Assembly (NCBI GenBank): GCA_964106915.2
Contig: OZ066917.1
Source of the DNA: Podarcis gaigeae
Lineage: Eukaryota
Length of the DNA stretch: 64,000 nt
Reading direction: 5' to 3' (one strand)
Under the pieces are notes generated by a model. It saw nothing but the letters and a program-made list of their open reading frames with translations, searched no databases and was not told the origin of the DNA. Positions 1 through 10,822 of this stretch are shown one piece after another. The position numbers and the translations under genes were made by a program. The stretch's first letter is position 1. Each line of letters begins with the position of its first letter.

Positions 1-795
1 CGTTGAATTCCACACTGATTTCAGTGAGCTCAGGCAGCCTGTATTCCTGGTCCACTGTACACCGTTTTCAAATACCTTGTTTATGCTGAGAGTGATTGAA
101 TTCTATGAAGTAATAGAGAAAGAATCTGCCTATGTTTTGACCCTCTGCACATCAGTAGAGGGAAATTTATATTAGGCTGCAATTCATGTTGGGAATCATG
201 AGCTAACGTGATGTGCATATATGGCAGGCTTCAGGCTGGGATCCAGGTAAGGGAGACTGCTAATTGTAGGCAGATGTGGGTACAGGCTGAACAAAAATTA
301 GTGCAAGCAAGGTGAACAGCTGTGGTCTCTACAGCTTCAGCTCAAATGGAGCATATGAGGAACAATGCACAGTGAAATGTTTGTGGAAGTCACTCTGGCC
401 ATGATCCAGAGATATAAACATGCAGTAGTGGGCCGCAATTACCTCAGTGTGTCTGGCTGTTAAGCAAAAGGTTGGTGAGCCCACCCAGGGACAGCTGTGG
501 GCAGAATTCCTGCATTGCAGAGGGTTGGGCCAGAGACCTTTGGGGTCCCTTCCATCTTTACAATTCCATGAAAATATATGGGGAAATTGCTTTGCAAAAA
601 AATGTGTATATTAGGCAAAATTGCATACCAAATTGTGTATATCAGGAGACATTTGCACTAAAATGCTGATGAGGACTTGAACAAAATTCACAAATTGCTG
701 TGGAAATGTGGAGAACTGAATTTAAGCCTGGAAAATTTGTGAAACAGAGAGAAAGCAACAGTGACAGATTTGAGCATAACTAACTGCAGTGCATA

Positions 796-1160
796 GGGAC
801 GCGGGTGGCGCTGTGGGTTAAAACCTCAGCGTCTAGGGCTTGCCGATCGAAAGGTCGGTGGTTCGAATCCCCGCAGCGGGGTGCGCTCCCGTTGCTCGGT
901 CCCAGCGCCTGCCAACCTAGCAGTTCGAAAGCACCCCCAGGTGCAAGTAGATAAATAGGGACCGCTTACTGGCGGGAAGGTAAACGGTGTTTCCGTGTGC
1001 TGCACTGGCTCACCAGATGCAGCTTTGTCATGCTGGCCACGTGACCCGGAAGTGTCTCCGGACAGCGCTGGCCCCCGGCCTCTTAAGTGAGATGGGCGCC
1101 CAACCCCAGAGTCTGTCAAGACTGGCCCGTACGGGCAGGGGTACCTTTACCTTTACCTTT
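796..1160 (+). mobile_element. Sauria-type SINE, full length, young
   Basis: Head GGGACGCGGGTGGCGCTGTGG, B-box GGTTCGAATCC, (ACCTTT)n tail, 14-bp TSD TAACTGCAGTGCAT (781-794 / 1161-1174), CpGs intact. Confidence 0.9.
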
Positions 1161-1469
1161 TAACTGCAGTGCATGCAGATCTTTCTGAACCTACCCATTG
1201 GTCGAACCCCTGAGCTCTGTCACCCGTGGTTGCTGACTGTTTCACAAAGCAGATGCAGGGGAGCTGCTCAGAGGTAGTTGTGAACATCTTCCACCTCCTC
1301 CTTGCCCACCTGACAGAATAGCACAGGTGCCTTCTACACTAAGGAGAGGTTGAGGAGGCCTCTTCTGACAGCACAGCAAAAGTAGCACCAGGGTCAGGTT
1401 TAGCTTCTCAGATTACAACTTTTTGTGACTAAGTACCCTGGCCCTTAATCCATCATAATGTCATGGGGA

Positions 1470-1678
1470 GGGTGTCAGATTAGTTAGGATTGGGGGAACC
1501 CGGGTTCAGATCCCCACTCAGCCATTGCGTGACCTTGGGCCAATAGCTCTCTCTCAGCCTGAGCTACCTCACAGGGAGGTTGAGAGGAACAAATGGAGGG
1601 CGAAACCATGCATGTTGCCTTGAGCTCCTTGGCGGAAGCCGGAATATGAACGTAGCACATTAAAAACAACAACAACAG
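1470..1678 (+). mobile_element. tRNA-derived SINE of a second family, degraded
   Basis: B-box-like GGTTCAGATCC, shared core ccccactcagcc...tgaccttgggcc with 5165-5320, (AAC)n tail. Confidence 0.6.
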
Positions 1679-3481
1679 ACTTCAGAAAAGAAAATAACAG
1701 GACATGGGAGAGGGAAGGCAGTCAAATGTAAATATTGGAAAGCCTAGCTTAATTTGTGTTGACTTCCACCTGTTTTCAGTGCCAGGGCTCAACTATGAAA
1801 AATGAAGTAGAAATTGATGCTGTTGCCTCTGAGCAGGTGCAGACTGCCCTTTATTTCACAATGGAGGGCAGAATGATGCATTGGATTCTCAGTCCTGTGT
1901 CAGTTTGTGGGGGTGAATTGGCAAATGAGAGATATTTCTGAACCCTTCTTCTGCCTGCCAGCTCTTTCCTTCATCATATCACCTCGACTGTTTTCCCCAT
2001 GGCTCCCTCTCACAACCAGCTTCAAGCCTGGAAATAAGCTGACGGGAAAATGCCCTAAAAGGAGAAGCTGTGGGGGATAAATGGTGAGTGGGGTGTGTGT
2101 GTTATATACTCCCCCCCCCCCATTACCTTTACTTGGCAAACAAATGTTTGGGAAGCACAGACTTCCTCCTGGCAAGGTTTCATTCCATTCTGAGCAACGG
2201 CAAGAAACACTTCACACACACATCAAGGAGCAGGCGGGAAAGCTTCCAGATCAGAGGGTGTTGTTTCCAGACAGACTTCAGCTCTGGCATCTTTTTTTTC
2301 CTAGAAATCAGGAACCCATGCGACCAAAGTAAATAGAAGGCTGTAATTGTGCTGCTTGACATTTTCAGGCCCGGCAATTGACATTGCTGAAGCAGTCTGA
2401 CATAAATTCCACAGCCGAGAAAGACGTGTGGGGAAATGCATCACACATAGAAGCGGCTGTGGGCTCCTGATGCAATCTGACCCTCCCCTGGTCAACTGCT
2501 GTGGGCATGACGCTTGCCTGCTTCTGGTTTAAAGAGATCCAAGCTCTCCCGGGTGCTCCTCCCATCTGAGCCGGCCTGCGTAAACCGAGTGCAGCAGCAG
2601 GGGCGGGGAAGACATCGCTTTGGTTTGTCCATCAGAATTTGCTAGACGAGGGATATGATCGATGGCAGCTCTTTCGGGACAAGCCGTATGGAGCCCCGTC
2701 CCACCCTGATTCGGGGCATGTGGCACGTAGACACAAGCACCCTTGTGCGCACACACATGTACACACAGCTACAAAGCTATCCTTGTATAAACTTTATCAG
2801 GAAGTCATCTGGACAGAGTTTTCCAGACTGCTGTGTTTAACTCTTCCCTGATGCTGGTCTGAATTTATACTGTCTGATTATTCCCACAGATTAAACAGTC
2901 TGTTTCCAGTTGTTCCAGTTGTCTATGAATCACTTCCATACTCTGGCTGATGATCTATAGTCCAGTAAGGAACTCCGGCTTTTCTACATGGATTTGGGCA
3001 ATAATTTGGAATGTACACCTTTGGACGAGGTGTCAGATTATAGCACAGATTCGGCCGAGTTGCACAGAATTAATGTTTGTTGATTGCATTTGCACTTCAT
3101 CTTTCCTCTAAGGAACATTTGAACCAGTGCACCAACTCTAGCCAGATCCTGAACTGAATAGGGATGATTTAGGTCAATCTGGGATTTGGCCAGAGCTGGT
3201 TGAAGCAGCCCTAGACAAGTCAGATTGGGTCCATGTGGAGGAATCTGAGGATTCCAAAAAGTAGGTGGGTGGGAAGCAAAGAGAGTTGGAAAGCAGCAGA
3301 CGGAGGGAGAGGGGAGAAGAAGTAATTGAGATCACATGGAATCTGCCCCCATCCTTTGTGGACTAAATGAAAATGAAACACGAAACAATGATTTACAGAG
3401 CAGGAGAAGGATCAAGTGGTGAGGCTGGGTGTGCTGAGTAGGTATGTGAGGATAACAGATCAAAGGAGCGTAAGGGCACAC

Positions 3482-3924
3482 ATTTTATTTTATTTGTTTA
3501 TTGCATTTATATACCACCTTTTCAAACTCGAGGTGATTCAGTGGTTCCTTGGGTTAAGTACTTAATTCGTTCCAGAGATCTGTTCTTAACCTGAAACTGT
3601 TCTTAACCTGAAGCACTACTTTAGCCAATGGGGCTCCTGTTGCTGCCATGCTGCCGGAGCCCGATTTCTGTTCTTATCCTGAAGCAAAGTTCTTAACTTT
3701 TTCTGGGTTAGCGGAGTGTGTAACCTGAAGCGTATGTAACCTGAAGCGTATGTAACCCGAGGTACCACTGTATATGCGGTTCACCCCCTCCACAACAACC
3801 CTTTGAGGTAGGTTATTTTGAGAGACAGTGACTGACCCAAAATCACGCCGTGAGCTTCATGGCGATTCGAACCCTGGTCTCCCATGTACTAGTCCAACAC
3901 TCTTAACTGTTACACCACACTGGC
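3482..3924 (-). mobile_element. tRNA-derived SINE interrupted by a MITE
   Basis: T-rich tail at the left, GATTCGAACC (reverse B-box) at ~3865, head near 3920; split by the 3539-3770 insertion. Confidence 0.55.
3539..3770. mobile_element. Tc1/mariner-type MITE
   Basis: Ends CAGTGGTTCC... and ...GAGGTACCACTG|TA, subterminal TAACCTGAAGC repeats, near-identical to 57559-57800. Confidence 0.85.
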
Positions 3925-5164
3925 AGGAGAGATACTATGATCATAAAGGTGGTTTTCTCAGGGTGAGGCTCATTTATTATACTGCGGGTGTGCTGGCTCA
4001 TGCAATTTAACTAAATGCAAGAAACTCAACATATAACATGTGTATTACTTGGTGGAAAGGCCTTTACTTTTTATTTTATTTTAAAAATTCTATTTTTAAA
4101 ACCCTAATTTAAAAGGCCTCAAATTGCTTCAGGACCCAGATCCAAGTCAGATTGGGACCTTTCTGAAGCACTGGATCGGGCCTCAAATATGATGAGGGCA
4201 GGGCATGTGTACAGCCCCAGTTTTAACCTTACAACCCTCAACTGCTTAAAAATAAAAGCAAGTGGATGAGGAGCGCCAGTAGCACATCTCCTGCATAATG
4301 TGCAGCTTGGTCCTCCAACCTCACTAGAATTGCCTTGGCTTCTGGCATTACAGTTTTCAAATGTGGGAATGCTGGAGCACAGGAACTCACGAGATGTTAC
4401 TGAGTACCTGAGTTTAGTAATAGTAAGTGGTGTCCATTACAGCAAGATTACATTTGTTGATCTTTAACATCTGAATCCTTAGAAGGCAAATAAACAGGGA
4501 AGGAAGTTCTTAAGAGTCTTTCGTTGTTTATCTTTGTCACTTCCGAAAATAACCACATCTTGAGCAAAGAAGTGCCTTGCTGGTCATTTCACTCATTGAT
4601 CAGCAGAGCAACAGACACAAATGGGCCCATGAAAAAACAGATTATGTCTTGCTACTCCAAATGATTCCATCAAAAAACGACATGAAATAATATATATAAG
4701 AGATGATGACGACACCACAATCTTACATGTTCTTTAAAGCCGTGATATCACCACAGGCAGCAGAGAACCTGACCTCTTGCACTGCACCTCAGAAGGAATC
4801 TGAGGCACTCAGCTAGGGATTGAGTGGGTTGTGGAATTCAGAGTTTATCCTTTGCAAACAGGTGCAGAAAGGGTGTGTCGCAGCGGGGGCTGACATCCAG
4901 CTACAGTTACAGGCCAAACACTGACATATTACACCAGTTTAAATTTGGAGGGATTCTTTCCTGCCAATTGGGTCCTTCTGGATTTACAGCACTAATTACA
5001 GCAAAGGTCCAGTTATGGAATGTTCACCTGGTTACAGTAGAAAATCTAGGTTCAATTTTTTTACTGAGTTTTGGACTTACCCAATAGAAAGCTGCATTGT
5101 ACAAAGTCAGATCATTGATTCAGCTAGTTCAGTATTGTCCACACTGACTGGCAGCAGTTCTCCA

Positions 5165-5320
5165 TGGTGTAGTGGTCAGAATGCCAGACTAGGACCTGGG
5201 AGACCTGGGTTCAAATCCCCACTCAGCCACAAAACTCGCTTGCTGACCTTGGGCCAGACTCTACATTTCAGCCTGGCCTACCACATAGGGTTGTATGCAA
5301 AATGAAATGAAATGAAATGA
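5165..5320 (+). mobile_element. tRNA-derived SINE (same family as 1470-1678)
   Basis: A-box TGGTGTAGTGG, B-box GGTTCAAATCC, (AAATG)n at the end. Confidence 0.65.
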
Positions 5321-6257
5321 AAGAGGGTTGTTTTGATAAAAAGGATAAAAGGCAAATATACTCTGAAGAAATAAGCTTGTGCCCATAGACTCCCATAATT
5401 CATAGACACATGCATATGTACCAGACACACAAGCCATGGATGCAAAACACAGACTTCATATTCATAGTGCCCAGGTAATCAGCTGTCCCTTTCTGAGATG
5501 GAAAAATCTAATCTCTAGGGTCTCTTTTGCTCACCTTACCTGCAGATAATTTGGTCAAACTTTTCTATAGTCAGCTCAACATTTGCAGATATGGTGCCAG
5601 AATTTTACATAGCATTCAAAGTATGGGCTGCACATACAATTTGCTTATGCAGGATCAGCATCTTCTTTAACATACTATTTTTACTAGAAATCTTAGTCCC
5701 TCTTCCAGATCATCAGTCTTGTCTCTTTTCCTCCCTTCCTGCTTGTAGGCCCTGGGTGTGGTTTAACTGAGCTCTCCCTTTCCCCAGGAGATATTTATTC
5801 AGTTCCAGTCTTTCCTGGGCTCAACCTGTTGCTTATCTACCCCCTTTCTTCAGCCATCCCAGCTCTGGACTTGCTGCCTCTAACTCGCCTGCCTCTCTTT
5901 GGAGCATCCTTCCCATTTAGCTTCCCCATCCTCATTGTGCTGTGAGCCCCTGGGGCTCCTCCAAACCATAGATCCTCTCACTTTCCTTACATAGGCACAT
6001 GTAAAGGGCACCAGCATTGGAAAAATACAACCACTGCAAGCAGGGTGCTTTGTGCTCTCCAGCCCTCCCAAGCCTCTTGCAGATTCAAATGGCTTCAATC
6101 CAACAGCTCAACTAGTTAAAACATTAATATAAACAATGATAAAAGCTAGAGTTTATTAAAACAAAGCCATCAGAGAACCAGACCTTTTATGGAGAATGAG
6201 AAGAGCATCTGCTCTTGTTCCTGGGTAGACACAGTGAAGACATCAGAAGCAGGTTGT

Positions 6258-6296
<39 letters not shown>
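6258..6296. repeat. (ATC)n microsatellite
   Basis: About 13 units; source of the poly-His ORF. Confidence 0.95.
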
Positions 6297-6661
6297 TTAT
6301 TTATATCCCACCTTTTTCAATGACAGCAACTCAACAGGCAGTTCCCAAAAGCCTACTGAAACAAGAAAGTCTTCATTGCTGGCATGATGGCTCATGGTGG
6401 GGCTGCGGGAGGGAAACAGAGTCTCTGAGGAAGGAATCGTGAATCTTTTTCATTCCCAGCTGGGCAACCTGACAGGGGCCACATACAAGTGGTGGGCAGA
6501 GTCAGAAACAAAAGTGGGCTGGGCAACTAAGATAAAAATTACCTTTGTACATTAGCCTGGTTTCTACATGCGATCACCTACCCCTCTCTTTTCTTCAGCC
6601 AGCATGATCACAGATTAAGGACACATTCCAGCCAGGCAAAAAGCACTCATGTACTCTCCAA

Positions 6662-6809
6662 CAGTGCTTTTCCCCCCTAAACATTTTGTGAATCTAAGTT
6701 TGGCCTCATTGAGGGGCATTATTTCAATATGAGTAAGAAAATGAGAGTACCCCTAAAAATATTTCAATATGAGTAGGAAAATGAGAGTACCCCTTAAAAA
6801 AAAGCACTG
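6662..6809. mobile_element. hAT-type MITE (148 bp)
   Basis: TIR CAGTGCTTTT / AAAAGCACTG, 8-bp TSD CTCTCCAA (6654-6661 / 6810-6817), internal 40-bp tandem duplication. Confidence 0.85.
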
Positions 6810-7869
6810 CTCTCCAACATTCCTCAGCTGAAAATTGGGACGCTTGTTGCGCCATCTCACAAGTCACCTGGCTTGTGTGGGAGAGCAGTACCAAAAGATG
6901 CATGCTGCTGTGACAGCCAGCTGCCCGTTTCCCCTGCCACAGCTCATACCTGGCAGCTGATCACTCCCTTCCTCTGCCCTTCCTCTGCCCACATTGCACC
7001 TCAGGCCGCTATGACAGTGGAGGTGGTGGCTTGGGCAGCAGCAGAGAGGGGTTGGCAAGAGCGTTGCGCATGTCCACCACCTCTGCTCCGGCGAGGAACT
7101 GCCTCCCCTGTACACTAGGGTTCCGCTTTATGAGGGTTCTGCTTCAAGTGCAAGCACTGGTTCATTGTCCTCCCCAAGCTCGGAAGCGGTGGTGCTGGAG
7201 GGGGGAAATGGGATATTCTGGGAGCAAATCATAAGCCGGGATGCTTCTGTAATTCTGGGAATGTCCTGGAAAAACAGGGACACTTGAAGGGTATGCACAC
7301 AAGGATGATGTGAAGCAGGAGTGGGAAGGGTCATGGCCTTGGGAGGGTGTGGCCAGGACCAGATAGGGAGACCCAGAGGGTGCATTTGGCCCCTGAGCCT
7401 GTGGTTCCCCACCTCTGCTCTGTCAGCCTTCCCAAAACATGGAGGCCTTTAAAGGTAAACACCAATACCGTGAGTCATGTTTTGACTAGCCCCCCCCCCC
7501 CATTTTGTTTAATTTAATAGCTAAATGTGCTCCCTCTGTGACATTCATGACTTGAAGATCCTTGCTCAGTGGCTTTTGAAGGATGGCAGCAATTGACTAG
7601 TCATACCTGTTTGGGTGGGGGCTGTAATAAACAGTTTTGCAACTGGAATGTAACCAGCAACGAACATGCAAAGTTTTGCGGTTGGGTTGTGGGTGTGGGA
7701 GAAGAGAGGGATATGTTGTTTGCTGTGGGGTTAATTGGTGCTACTTTCGCTTCATTGCATTTGCTTCCCTGGTTCCCCAGGCTCAGCTTGTATATTTGCA
7801 AATAAGAAAAAAAACATCAACAACACATATAGTAAATGGCTAGGACGCTGCCCTTCAAAGGAAACAGAT

Positions 7870-8090
7870 ATAAGAACATAAGAAGAGCCAACTGGGACAA
7901 GCCAATGCCCCATCTAGTGCAGCATCCTCTTCTCACAGTGGCCAGCCAGATGCTTGTGGGACATCCACAAACAGGACCTGAACTCTCGCCTCCTGCAGTT
8001 TCCAGCCACTGGTTTTTAGAAGTATACTGCCTCTCATCAAGGTGGCAGAGTGTGGCTTCTATAATGGCTAGTAGCCATTGATATACTTGC
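7870..8090 (-). mobile_element. CR1-like retroelement 3' fragment
   Basis: ATAAGAACATAAGAAGAGCC...CCCATCTAGT.CAGCATC, which reads as a reverse CR1-type tail; family assigned from memory. Confidence 0.55.
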
Positions 8091-9774
8091 TGAACTCTAA
8101 ATCCCATTGTACCTGGGAATAATTGGAGTTGGAGTTTCATGACATCTAGAGGACCACAAGTAAGAATGAGGTAGAAACTGGATGCCCTTTAAAGGTGAAC
8201 CTACCTAATTCACACCATCCGAAACAATACATAAGCTGAAACACATCTGCACCTCAACATTCACACTTCTCTGAATTTTGCAATGCAAAATAACATTTAA
8301 AAATGTGTCCTGTGAGGGACAATTGTGTTGCGAAACTGTCTTAGGCAAAATGACATATTAAAAGGGGTATAGCAGGAGAAACTCACACTCTGAAAACCTG
8401 ATCAATTAAAAAACAGAATCACAAAGTGATGTGGAAATGTGAAAAACTGAATTTAAGATTGGAAAAATGAGAAGCTGAAACTGCTGGGGCGACCGTAGAG
8501 TGAGATACAATATGAATGAAGAGGAAGATCTTAGTGCTTTGATTTTCCACTAACATCCATGTGGTACAATATCATCAACTCCCCCTCACCCTGCAGGAAA
8601 AGCCTCAAACAGTCCCAAGGAAAGGAAAATTGAATTAAAAGGGAGGCCTTTTTACGAGTCCAATAGTTCAGCTAGCCGTGTGCGTATTCACACACTGCAC
8701 ACCAAATAATGTTGTGTGCTGACTCAAAAACACATCTTTGGTGGTGTATATCTTTCAGAGATTCGGTGTACAATATTTAGGAGGATAAAGGGTGTACTGA
8801 GCGAAAGTTCTGACCTTTCAGCAACCTGTTCGGGACCAACAAAGATTCAATTTAGCCATGTATGGTATAAACACCAAGGGGAACACAAGCAGCAAAATTA
8901 GAAAGGAATCTAATCAATAGCCCCAAAGATAAATGCCACTTTAGGCAGCCTTAATCTAAACTGTTGACAGAAGCCTATTCACAGCCAAACGATGAATTCT
9001 AAGTGCAGCCCCCCTTCTGGGTGGGATAAGGTGGCACAGCCAAGCCAAAGTAATCAGTGTTTTATCTGTCTCCCTCACATTTAACTTCCACTCTCCTAGT
9101 CCTCTGGGAGGGCTCACGCTGGAAGCATTAAGAGCAGACTACGCCAAGTACTCCACTAACACATTTTGGAATCAAAGGTTTTACTGGAATCTATTGATTC
9201 CAGCAGACTTGTATAAGCCTGTGATATTTTTAGTGAGAAGTCATGCACTTTGTAAATCACTAAAAAAAGAAAAAAAGTTCGGCTATGTGCAAATTGTCAC
9301 AAGTAGCAAACAAGCTACAGCAGCAGTTCTGGCCTGGAAGTAAGATCCACTGAACCTGGTGGAACTTTCTTCTGGGTAGATTTGCATAGGTTTACGCTGG
9401 AAAATTACTTCCATAGTTCTTATTAAGCTATCCACAGCAGGGAATTTTCAGGAATTGGAGGCAGCGCTTGCCAAATGAGACTACTGGGGAATGATTACGC
9501 TTTGCAGTGTTGCCTTGGAAGGGAAGAAAACAGGCAACAAGATGTGAAGGTTCTTGTTCAACTTTATTGTTTACTTCCTGTTTTGGAACGGAGGGCACCC
9601 GTGGACAGTGGCTGATGCTCGGAGCAGAGCCAGGTGAAATAAATGCTCCATTACAAAACCACAGAAACACTGACCAGCCTAGACCACAAAGCCGAACATT
9701 CTGAATATTCCGTGGATGCGACTTGTTCATTACCATATCTGAGAAACCGATGGGGGGTGGGGATTGTGGAGACA

Positions 9775-10200
9775 ATTGATTCAGTTCATATTTAAAGGTG
9801 AACTTACAAAACTTGCACTTTCTGAAATCATACGCAAATTGAAATGCAACCCTCTTTCACAATTCACACTTCTCTGAATTTGGAATGCAGTTTTCCAGCC
9901 TAGTATCATAGAATCATAGAACTGTAGCGTTCGTATCTACAGAAATGCGTGGACTAAAGTAAAGTGTGCATATAAATGCACGTGTTTGTGAAAATAGCAT
10001 AAAAATGAATTATATTAGGGGAAATTGCTTTGCAAAAATGTGTATATTGGGCAAAATTACATGCAAAAATGGTATATTAAGAGAAATTAACACTTTAATG
10101 CTGATAAATTTTTCAAAGGCCTTAAAAAAATAATCAAGCAATCACAAACTGAAGATTGGGAAAATGAGAGGAAATGAAACTGACATATTCCCCCATCCCT
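9775..10200 (+). repeat. AT-rich interspersed repeat of unclassified family (other copies ~575-775, ~8185-8485, and minus strand ~62260-62394 plus 63632-63830)
   Basis: Shared strings ggggaaattgctttgcaaaaa.tgtgtatatt.ggcaaaatt, tttaaaggtgaac and ttcacacttctctgaattt between copies. Confidence 0.75.
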
Positions 10201-10469
10201 AATGACAAGGGAGGGAATACCCAAGGTACATAAGTGAGAGAACTCCACTCCTTGCTTGTGCATGTTGATCTCGGGCTGCTTCAAAATTTCCCACTTCAAA
10301 TGTTTCTTTTCTATATGGTAGGCAGGCTAACAGTGTATGGTTTGCAAGCAGCTATCTTGTCCATTGTTGTGCCAAGTGAGTGGGAAGTTTTCATATCAGC
10401 TGCTTTGATGCTATGGTACTACCTTGGCGTCATGAGTGGACTGCTGATTTTGGCATGTGCTATCCTATT

Positions 10470-10822
10470 GGGACACGGGTGGCACTGTGGGTTAAACCAC
10501 AGAGCCTAGGACTTGCTGATCAGAAGGTCGGTGGTTTGAATCCCTGCAATGGGGTGAGCTCCCGTTGCTCGGTCCCTGCTCCTGCCAACCTAGCAGTTCG
10601 AAAGCACATCAAAGTGCAAGTAGATAAATAGGTACCGCTCCAGTGGGAAGGCAAACAGCATTTCCGTGCGCTGCTCTGGTTCGCTACAAGCGGCTTAGTC
10701 ATCCTGGCCACATGACCCGGAAGCTGTACGCTGGCTCCCTTTGCCAATAAAGTGAGATGAGCTCTGCAACCCAGAGTCGGCCACCACTGGACCTAATGGT
10801 CAGGGGTCCCTTTACCTTTACC
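10470..10822 (+). mobile_element. Sauria-type SINE
   Basis: Colinear with the 796-1160 copy, more CpG decay, ACCTTT tail, degenerate TSD (tatcctatt/taccctatt). Confidence 0.88.

Noticed and set aside
5165-5230. tRNA gene suggested by A and B boxes (also at 796-880)
   Set aside because: No complete cloverleaf; the sequence continues into a SINE body.
6215-6442. Poly-His ORF
   Set aside because: Translation of the (ATC)n microsatellite.
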